A stretch of DNA of 64,000 nt, from assembly GCA_019113825.1 (NCBI GenBank), contig DXGR01000092.1:7978-71977 (forward strand), in the 5' to 3' direction. Of the stretch, positions 37,929-45,253 are shown one piece after another; position 1 is the stretch's first letter, and the number at the start of each line of letters is the position of its first letter. Origin of the DNA: Candidatus Stackebrandtia excrementipullorum (GTDB lineage: Bacteria > Actinomycetota > Actinomycetes > Mycobacteriales > Micromonosporaceae). The notes under the pieces were generated by a model. That model did no database searches. It saw nothing but the letters and a program-made list of their open reading frames with translations, and was not told the DNA's origin. Both the position numbers and the translations under genes were made by a program.

Positions 37929-38699
37929 ATGAACCGTTATCCCCTGCGTGTCGGTGTCGCGGCAGCCTCTTTGATCGCCTTGTCGGTGGCGTCGGGCTGT
38001 GACGTTCTGGACGAACTGACCGATTCGGACTCCGTCTCCCATTCCCTGACCTCTGCGGTCGAGGCGTTGGAGGTCGCACCGGAACAACGCGACGGCTACG
38101 ACCGCGATCTGTTCAAGCATTGGATCGACGAGGACGGCGACGGCTGCAACACCCGCTACGAGGTGCTGATCGAGGAGGCCGTAACCGCCCCCACCGTCGA
38201 CGACGACTGCAACCTGACCGGCGGCGAATGGACGTCCTATTACGACGGTGAGACGGTCGACGACCCCAAGAGACTGCACATCGACCATGTGGTGCCTTTG
38301 GCCGAAGCATGGGATTCGGGTGCCGATTCCTGGAGTGATGATCGGCGAAGAGCCTTCGCGAACGACATGGGCGACGAACGTTCTCTGATCGCGGTGACAG
38401 CCGGTTCGAACACCTCCAAGTCCGACCGGGATCCGGCGGAGTGGTTGCCCGAGATCGAGGCCGAACACTGCCGGTATGTGACCGAGTGGGTCGCGGTGAA
38501 GACGCGTTGGTCGCTGGCCGTCGACGATGCCGAACGCGACGTGCTGGTGGATGTGGCCGACGGTTGTGAGGCGACGGAGTTCGCTGTTGAAGTGGTGGAC
38601 GACAGCACGGCCGCTCACGAGGCGGCAACCGTTCAAGCTGCGGTCGCTCCGGCCATGCACCGGCGCCGTGTCAACGGTGGAGGACCCCTCCGTCGGTAA
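37929..38699 (+). CDS. DUF1524/HNH-type nuclease, lipoprotein
   Basis: Lipobox VASG-C; same nuclease motifs (IDHVVPLAEAW, NTSKSDRDPAEW). Confidence 0.88.
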   Translation: MNRYPLRVGVAAASLIALSVASGCDVLDELTDSDSVSHSLTSAVEALEVAPEQRDGYDRDLFKHWIDEDGDGCNTRYEVLIEEAVTAPTVDDDCNLTGGEWTSYYDGETVDDPKRLHIDHVVPLAEAWDSGADSWSDDRRRAFANDMGDERSLIAVTAGSNTSKSDRDPAEWLPEIEAEHCRYVTEWVAVKTRWSLAVDDAERDVLVDVADGCEATEFAVEVVDDSTAAHEAATVQAAVAPAMHRRRVNGGGPLRR

Positions 38700-39951
38700 C
38701 CGATCCGCGTTTGTGACGACTGCGGGTCAACGCGCGTACGGCCGGTGGGCCGGTTACGGCGACCATGGCCGTCAGCAAGGCGGGCACGACCAGCGCTGTG
38801 GGAAGACTGCTGGCTTCGGCCAGGTGTCCGATCGCGGCCGGGCCGATGAGAAGTCCTGCGCTTCCGAACACGGTGACCGTCGACAGTGCCCTGCCCACCG
38901 AACCGGCACCGGATCCGACCGCGCTGAAGATGACCGGGATCATGGTCGCGAGTCCGGCTCCGGCGCAGAACCAGCCGATGCTTGCCACGGGCATCGCGGC
39001 ATCGGCGGCGGTCGGTGCCAGGAGTACGAGCCCGTAGCCGACGGTGGCCAGGGTTCCGGCCGTGAACAGGGTGCGTTCCGAGCCGAGGCGTGCGCGAATG
39101 GGATCGCCCAACAGTCGGACGGTGGTCATGGCGACGCTGAACACGGTGTAGGCGATGGGTGCGACCGCGAGGTCGACGGCAAGGACTTGACGTGCGTGGA
39201 CACCGGCCCAGTCGATCGCGGCGCCTTCGCTGATATGCGCGCCGAACGCCACGATCCCCAACAGGAGGACGACTCCCCAGCGCATACCACCGGCTGCGGT
39301 GGTGTCGGTGTCGGTGGTGGGCGGCGGGGGCGACAACATGCGCCCGAATACACCGAATAGGACGGCCGCCAGTACCGCGCCGCCGGCGAGCATGTACTGC
39401 GGATCGAGTTCCAGGTGGTTTCCGGCTGCGGTGAGACCTCCTCCAACGGCTCCTCCGAGACTCCAGAATCCGTGGAAGGAGGAGACGATGGGGCGTGCGT
39501 AATAGGTCTCGACCTCTATGGAGTTAACGTTCATCGAGACTTCGATGCCCCCGACGGTGGCGCCGTAGAGAACGGCCGCGATCGCCAGGTATGTGTAGTC
39601 GTCGGCCAACGCCGGTCCCAACAGCGCCAACGCCGTCACCGGCCCGCATATGCGGGTCACGGTGCGGCTGGTGAACCTGTCGCAGGCGCGTCCGACGAAC
39701 ATCATGCTCACCAGTGCCCCCGTGGCGATGAGCAGGAGGACATTACCCAATCTGGCGGGCCCGAGGACGAGCCGCTCGTCGAGGGCGGGCAGCCCGGCCG
39801 CCCAGCAGCCCATGATGAAACCCGACGTGGCGAAGTAGCCGAACACACCGACACGAGCGCGGGTGTGTGTCGACGGCGTCCGGCTGTTGGTGCGCAACGA
39901 CATCAGGACTCCCAGCAGCCGGAGGACACGGGACGCCGAGTCGGCCGTCAT
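38671..39951 (-). CDS. MFS transporter
   Basis: About 12 TM segments, SSFHGFWSLG, EGAAIDW, VRLLGD. Confidence 0.92.
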   Translation of the reverse strand: MTADSASRVLRLLGVLMSLRTNSRTPSTHTRARVGVFGYFATSGFIMGCWAAGLPALDERLVLGPARLGNVLLLIATGALVSMMFVGRACDRFTSRTVTRICGPVTALALLGPALADDYTYLAIAAVLYGATVGGIEVSMNVNSIEVETYYARPIVSSFHGFWSLGGAVGGGLTAAGNHLELDPQYMLAGGAVLAAVLFGVFGRMLSPPPPTTDTDTTAAGGMRWGVVLLLGIVAFGAHISEGAAIDWAGVHARQVLAVDLAVAPIAYTVFSVAMTTVRLLGDPIRARLGSERTLFTAGTLATVGYGLVLLAPTAADAAMPVASIGWFCAGAGLATMIPVIFSAVGSGAGSVGRALSTVTVFGSAGLLIGPAAIGHLAEASSLPTALVVPALLTAMVAVTGPPAVRALTRSRHKRGSVTDGGVLHR

Positions 39952-40007
39952 GACCACACAGCGCTATGTTCTCGGCGTGAGCATAATGACGAATGCGACC
40001 TGCCACA

Positions 40008-41189
40008 ATGAGTCGCATGTCACGTGGCTTCACCAGCGAAGACCTGCGCGCTTTGAACCGGGTGCGCCTTCTGCGCGCCGTTCACGACCACGGGGCCACC
40101 GTGACGCGAGCCCGCTTGACCGAACTGCTCGGCATGGCACGTGGCACGGCTTCGGTCCTTGTCGCCGAACTGACCGATGCCCGACTGCTGGCCGAAACGC
40201 CGACCCGACGCCACGGCCGCGGCCGTCCCAGCCTCATACCCGGACCGCATCCCGACGGACCCGTCGCTCTGGCCGTTCACCTACGCGAAGACGATTGGGA
40301 GCTGGCCGCCACGGAGTTGGGCGGACGCACCACCACCCTGGGCGAATTCCGACACGACAACGTTCCTTCCACTGTCTACACTTCGATCGGCGAGCGTCTT
40401 CGGCATTACCACCGCCACTACGGTTCCCGGCTGATCGGTGTGGGTATTTCCATCGCGGGCCCGGTACGCGACGGAAGGTTCGTGCACGTGTCGCATCCGG
40501 AATGGAGTCAGGTCGACATCTCACCGTGGCTGGGCGACATGGACCTACCCGTTCGGCTCGCCAACGACGCGACCCTGGCCGCGATCGCCGAAGCCCGCCG
40601 AGGCCGTTTGCGTGGCGTCGATCTGGCGCTTCACCTGCACGTCGACTTCGGAGTCGGAGGGTGCCTGGTGGTCGACGGCAAACCTCTCGGTGGCGCGCAC
40701 GGGGTGGCCGGCGAGTTCGGACACATGCGTCTGACCGACGACAACGCGCCCTGCGCGTGTGGAGCGACCGGGTGTTGGGGAGGTTCGGTCGGTGTGGCGT
40801 CGATGCTTCGTGACTACGGCGTTGTGGCCGATGGCGGCGGAGGACGCGAACAAGCACTGTCGCTTCTAGACCGTTACGCCTCAGGCGATACGAAAGCGGC
40901 AGACGCACTCACCCGCAATGTCAACGCCCTGAGCCAAGGCATCGGTGGGCTTGTCAACGCGCACGATCCCCGACTGGTCACCGTGTCCGGGCTCGGCGCG
41001 CGACTTCTCGACATCGCCGGGCCCCGACTTCGTTCCGCCTACACCGACGCGCTCATGCGATATCACCGGGCCGACCCGCCACCGATCCTGGCCGCCCGCC
41101 TCGGGGGGCACGCTCCTCTGGTGGGCGCCGCCGAGTCGGTGTTCGACGACTTTCTGACGCCCGAAGGTGTGAAGCGTTTCCCGATGTGA
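40008..41189 (+). CDS. ROK family transcriptional regulator
   Basis: N-terminal HTH, GRGRPS, LANDATLAAIAE, GEFGHM, C.CG..GC zinc motif; divergent from the MFS gene. Confidence 0.93.
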   Translation: MSRMSRGFTSEDLRALNRVRLLRAVHDHGATVTRARLTELLGMARGTASVLVAELTDARLLAETPTRRHGRGRPSLIPGPHPDGPVALAVHLREDDWELAATELGGRTTTLGEFRHDNVPSTVYTSIGERLRHYHRHYGSRLIGVGISIAGPVRDGRFVHVSHPEWSQVDISPWLGDMDLPVRLANDATLAAIAEARRGRLRGVDLALHLHVDFGVGGCLVVDGKPLGGAHGVAGEFGHMRLTDDNAPCACGATGCWGGSVGVASMLRDYGVVADGGGGREQALSLLDRYASGDTKAADALTRNVNALSQGIGGLVNAHDPRLVTVSGLGARLLDIAGPRLRSAYTDALMRYHRADPPPILAARLGGHAPLVGAAESVFDDFLTPEGVKRFPM

Positions 41190-42440
41190 TCACGTGGCGG
41201 CAGGCTGCATCACGACACCACCGGCGACCCTGCTGGGAAACCGCGACAGCAAATACGTCAAACGGCCGGGTGCCGGTTCCGCTCGTGTCGCCGCGAGGAC
41301 CTGCACCGCCTGCTTCAGGAGCGCGACCGTCAACGGCTCGCCGGGGCAGCGATGTCCGTCGAGGCGGTCACCACCACCCTGCGGGATCAGGTCGAACGAG
41401 TCGGGAACTCGCTCGAAGAATCGCGTGGGGTCGAAGTCGTCGGATTGTCGCCACAACGAGGGATCGTGGTTTGTTCCGTACACGTCCAGGACGACACGGG
41501 TGCCGGGTTTGAACTCCTGTCCTCGCCAGACGAAACGTCGCCGGGGCCACGCGGACAGAAAAGGAGCGAACGGAAAATACCGTCGTACCTCGTGTGTGAA
41601 CGCGGTGGTCTCGGGCTCAACGCCGTCCGACAACGGCTCCCGCCACCGAGGATGTTCGTGCAACGCCAGAGCGGCGAACGCCACGAACCACGCCACCGCA
41701 ACCGTCGGACGCAACAGGTTCAGCAGTTCGTCGGCCGCGGTGTCGAGACCAAGCAGTCCGCCGTTGCGATCACGGTGAAAAGCAACCACCGACACCGCCC
41801 GATTCGGGTCGGCACCACCGAGACCCGCTCGAACCGCACGGATACGCGCCTTCGCCCACCGTCGACACCGCCACCGCGCCCGTCGGGCTTTCACGCCACC
41901 GACCGCCAGATCGCCGAAACCGTCGACGATCACAGCAAGATCGGACGCAAACCGGGTGAACCCGGGGCCGTCGGTGGCCAGCCCCGCCCAGCGACACACC
42001 GCCGTGGCGAGGACCTGCACCGCCTCATCGAACAGCACGATGGTAGACGGAGGACCCGCCGGCGGAAGACGCTCGAGCCACAGTCTCCCGGTCATATCGG
42101 TGATCTCTGAGACGGCCGCCGCGTCCACAAGATCCACAAACATCGCCTTTCGGTGACGGTGGTCCACACCGTCGAGACCGTGCACCGTGTTCTTTCCGAA
42201 CAACGTGCCCTTCACCGGCTCGGGCACCACGCCGACCCTGGTGAACTTGGTGTTGTCGTAGAAGATCTGCGCCGCGTCATGTCCACGCATGAAAATGGTC
42301 GGCCGCCCGAGGAACCTGGCACGAAAACCGTCGGTGCCTCGATGTCGCAAACGATCGCCGATGAACGAATACCCGGTGCGATACAGGGCAATGCTCACAT
42401 CGCCCGACAGTTTGGGGAACCCCGTCGCCTGATCAGTCAT
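41190..42440 (-). CDS. Cytochrome P450, CYP152 fatty-acid peroxygenase family
   Basis: LFGKNTVHGLDG..H..RK.MF, NLLRP substrate Arg, EVRRYFPF, PQGGG....HRCPGE heme Cys. Confidence 0.92.
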   Translation of the reverse strand: MTDQATGFPKLSGDVSIALYRTGYSFIGDRLRHRGTDGFRARFLGRPTIFMRGHDAAQIFYDNTKFTRVGVVPEPVKGTLFGKNTVHGLDGVDHRHRKAMFVDLVDAAAVSEITDMTGRLWLERLPPAGPPSTIVLFDEAVQVLATAVCRWAGLATDGPGFTRFASDLAVIVDGFGDLAVGGVKARRARWRCRRWAKARIRAVRAGLGGADPNRAVSVVAFHRDRNGGLLGLDTAADELLNLLRPTVAVAWFVAFAALALHEHPRWREPLSDGVEPETTAFTHEVRRYFPFAPFLSAWPRRRFVWRGQEFKPGTRVVLDVYGTNHDPSLWRQSDDFDPTRFFERVPDSFDLIPQGGGDRLDGHRCPGEPLTVALLKQAVQVLAATRAEPAPGRLTYLLSRFPSRVAGGVVMQPAAT

Positions 42441-42510
42441 ATGCACTCCCGAAGCACGATCGTAGTGCCGTACCCGTCAACCGGCACCGGAGTTGACCAC
42501 AACACAGCAC

Positions 42511-42536
42511 GTTTCGGGCCGAAGGGCGGCGGGTAT
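42511..42536 (+). promoter_or_regulatory. SigB/SigF-type promoter upstream of the LLM gene
   Basis: GTTT-N16-GGGTAT. Confidence 0.7.
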
Positions 42537-42619
42537 GGACAGGCCAACGACTACTGATCGCCTTGGCCCGGGTAAGCGGTTGTCGCGTGGAAACCCGGGC
42601 GGGGACGCAGGGAGTGACA

Positions 42620-43339
42620 ATGCGTATCGGGTATCAACCTATCGGAGACGATCCGCAAAACCTGTTGAAGCAAGCCGAGCTCGCCGAGGAAGCCGGATTC
42701 GACGGTCTGTGGATCGCCGACGACGGTCTGGAACCTTTTGTCTGGTCCATCGCCGGCGCTCTCAGCCAACGCACCTCGTTGCCCGTGACGGCGCTCGTCG
42801 ACTGTTCAACCACTCGGATCCACCCCGTTGTCCTCGCCAGAGCCGCCGCCACCTGCGCGATGTTGTCGCAACATTTCACCCTCGGCCTCAATTTGGCGAA
42901 TCGTTCCGACGACCGATTGCCCGACCAACAACGCCGCGACATGCTCGTGGAGGCCGTCGATGTCATCAAACGACTGTGGACGGGTGAACGGGTCAACCAC
43001 CACGGCAGTTACTACACCGTTGAGGACACCCGCCTGTCGACGCCTCCGAAGAGACCGCCACCGGTGTACCTGTTGGCGCACGACATCGCAACGGTCCGGT
43101 TGGCCGACACCATTGCCGACGGCGTCATCGTGGGCGGTGACGAATCCGACCTCATGACGGAGAAGCCTTCCGCCGTGCACGTCGTCATGGACGGCGGAGA
43201 CGGGGTCGACGCTCAGATTCGGTTGCTGGATCGTCTGTACGAGAACGGCTGCGAGAACGTCTACCTGTCGGTTCCCGACAGTGGAGACGAGGCCTTCTTT
43301 CGCGGATTCGAACAGCACGTTCAACCGCGTTACGTTTGA
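42620..43339 (+). CDS. Degenerate LLM-class (F420-dependent-like) oxidoreductase
   Basis: AELAEEAGFD, PFVWS, HPVVLARAAAT, RLWTG; only 239 aa and missing the active-site His motifs. Confidence 0.8.
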   Translation: MRIGYQPIGDDPQNLLKQAELAEEAGFDGLWIADDGLEPFVWSIAGALSQRTSLPVTALVDCSTTRIHPVVLARAAATCAMLSQHFTLGLNLANRSDDRLPDQQRRDMLVEAVDVIKRLWTGERVNHHGSYYTVEDTRLSTPPKRPPPVYLLAHDIATVRLADTIADGVIVGGDESDLMTEKPSAVHVVMDGGDGVDAQIRLLDRLYENGCENVYLSVPDSGDEAFFRGFEQHVQPRYV

Positions 43340-43359
43340 GTCACACAGGGTGCGGGTAA
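43334..43359 (+). promoter_or_regulatory. SigB/SigF-type promoter upstream of the 43382 gene
   Basis: GTTT-N16-GGGTAA. Confidence 0.65.
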
Positions 43360-43381
43360 AACCGCCTTCCGAATTCGGGAG

Positions 43382-43702
43382 GTGAGCACGATGTATGACA
43401 ACTCGCCGGATTTTCACGCCGCCGAGCGGCGGCACAGCACCCGCGACAGACAAACCGAGGACGCGCGGCGCCGTCGCCGGGACGGCAGCGAGCCCATGCG
43501 GGCGAAATCGCTGCCACCGCGAACGAAGTCCATGTTCGCGCTGGCAGCGCTGATATTCAACGGTGCCCTGGCGGTGTTGGCATACCTGGCCGGGTTCACC
43601 GTCGCCGCCGTCATCCTGGCGGTGATCGCCGTGGCCATGCTGGTCGATCTTGCTTGGCAGGGCCACAAAATCCGTAAAGAGAAACGTGCCGGGCGGCTGT
43701 GA
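43382..43702 (+). CDS. Small 2-TM membrane protein (DUF6343-like)
   Basis: GGAGG RBS; GSEPMRAKS.. followed by two TM helices and a basic tail. Confidence 0.7.
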   Translation: MSTMYDNSPDFHAAERRHSTRDRQTEDARRRRRDGSEPMRAKSLPPRTKSMFALAALIFNGALAVLAYLAGFTVAAVILAVIAVAMLVDLAWQGHKIRKEKRAGRL

Positions 43703-43755
43703 CGGCCGTTCGACGACCACCCGGTTCGCCAGGTGCCGAAAGAAGGGGAGGAAGC

Positions 43756-44085
43756 ATGCCTCAAGCGGCGTGGAACAAGAAGCGTGAGCGTCAATACGAA
43801 CATGTCAAGGACAGCGAAAAGAAGCAGGGCCGCAGCGACCGACGTGCCGAGGAGATCGCCGCTCGCACGGTGAACAAGGAACGCGCCCGTAGCGGCGAAT
43901 CCCGAACCTCGAGCCGCAGCTCCACCAAGGACATCTCCTCGGGCAGGCGTGGCGGCAAACGGTCCGGTTCGGAACCGGGTGGTCGCACGCGCGACCAGCT
44001 GTACAACGAGGCCCGCCAGAAGAACGTCAAGGGGCGCTCGAAGATGTCGAAGGCGGAGCTGGAGAAGGCCGTCGGTCGGCGATGA
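43756..44085 (+). CDS. Small basic protein (often labelled plasmid-stabilisation or Rho N-terminal-like protein)
   Basis: KKRERQYEHVKDS, EEIAARTVNKERAR.GE, TRDQLYNEARQKNVKGRSKMSKAEL. Confidence 0.88.
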   Translation: MPQAAWNKKRERQYEHVKDSEKKQGRSDRRAEEIAARTVNKERARSGESRTSSRSSTKDISSGRRGGKRSGSEPGGRTRDQLYNEARQKNVKGRSKMSKAELEKAVGRR

Positions 44086-44087
44086 TG

Positions 44088-44131
44088 CGTGTGTCGCGGT
44101 GACACCGGTGTCGGTGTCACCGCGACACACG
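44088..44131. terminator. Bidirectional hairpin between convergent genes
   Basis: Perfect 20-bp stem cgtgtgtcgcggtgacaccg / cggtgtcaccgcgacacacg with 4-nt loop. Confidence 0.85.
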
Positions 44132-44135
44132 ATCG

Positions 44136-44969
44136 TCAGCGAACCGAAACCGATGTGACGCGGTGCGTCCGCAGGCCTTCACGAAGCTTCGTCAGCGTCT
44201 GTTTCAACAGTCGCGACACGTGCATCTGCGACAGCTTCACCCGTTCGGCTATCTGCGCCTGGGTGAGATCGTCGGCGTAACGCATCGCAAGGATGCGCCG
44301 TTCCCGTTCGGGCAGCCGCTCGATGATCGGCTGCAACGACGTCCGGGTTTCAGCGGTGTGCATGGCCGGGTCGTCGTCGCCGATCAGTTGCGACAGGTCC
44401 TCCTCCGAGCCGGGATGAGCGGGAGCCTGTAGCGAGACGGCGTCATAGGCGTGCACGCAGGCCATGCCTTCGCGCACCTGGTCCGGCGACATTTGCAGGT
44501 ACTGCGCATAGTCGTCGACGCCCGGTGTCCGCCCCAGTTCCTGGTGCAGCACCGGCGTGGCCTTGTTGAGTGCCAGGCGGGTCTCCTGCAACCGCCTGGG
44601 CACCCGGATTATCCAACCCTTGTCACGGAAGTGACGTTTGAGCTCGCCCTGAATCGTGGGGACGGCGAAGCGGGTGAAAGCGCCACCACGGCGACTGGAG
44701 TAACCGTCGACGGCCTTGATGAGCGCCAGACGCGCAACCTGGGTCAGGTCGTCCAGCGGGACACCTCGATGGTCGAAGCGGCGAGCCAACCTGTCGGCCA
44801 GCGGCATCGCATGTTCGACGATGTCGTGCCGCAGCGCGTCGCGCCGGGCCTCGGTGTCGGTGATCGCCGCCAACTCGTCCAGCGCCGGCGCGAGCTGGTT
44901 GTCCAGCCCGTCGGCGGTTGTGTCGATGGCGGTCGTACGAGAGGAAAGTGTTGCTGCAACGTGGGTCAT
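44136..44969 (-). CDS. SigB/SigF/SigG family RNA polymerase sigma factor
   Basis: DDLTQVARLALIKAVD, FAVPTIQGELKRHFRD..W..RVPRRLQE, TQAQIAERV.LSQMHVSRLL. Confidence 0.95.
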   Translation of the reverse strand: MTHVAATLSSRTTAIDTTADGLDNQLAPALDELAAITDTEARRDALRHDIVEHAMPLADRLARRFDHRGVPLDDLTQVARLALIKAVDGYSSRRGGAFTRFAVPTIQGELKRHFRDKGWIIRVPRRLQETRLALNKATPVLHQELGRTPGVDDYAQYLQMSPDQVREGMACVHAYDAVSLQAPAHPGSEEDLSQLIGDDDPAMHTAETRTSLQPIIERLPERERRILAMRYADDLTQAQIAERVKLSQMHVSRLLKQTLTKLREGLRTHRVTSVSVR

Positions 44970-45253
44970 GATGTCGACTCCGCGAATCCCCACCGGCCTG
45001 TCATGTGCATGACAAACGCAGGCCAAGTGGTTGTGGTGTCTGAGTGGGCCCGTTGCTTGAGCACCTGAAGCGAGTGAGGGCCAGGTCTAGACCCTGTCGC
45101 TGTCGGCAAGCCTATGCGAAGGTCACGGAAATGTAAAGATCACCACCGCCGGGATTTTTCAATGGAACGAAGACGGGTCGATCGTGACGTTCCCAACTCA
45201 TCTCCCTGCACACGGCTGTGGACAATCACGGCCGAATCTGGTCATCTTGACGA

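Noticed and set aside
43756-44085. Plasmid or toxin-antitoxin interpretation of the so-called plasmid stabilisation protein
   Set aside because: No ParE/RelE motifs, antitoxin or replication genes; the context is a chromosomal stress cluster.
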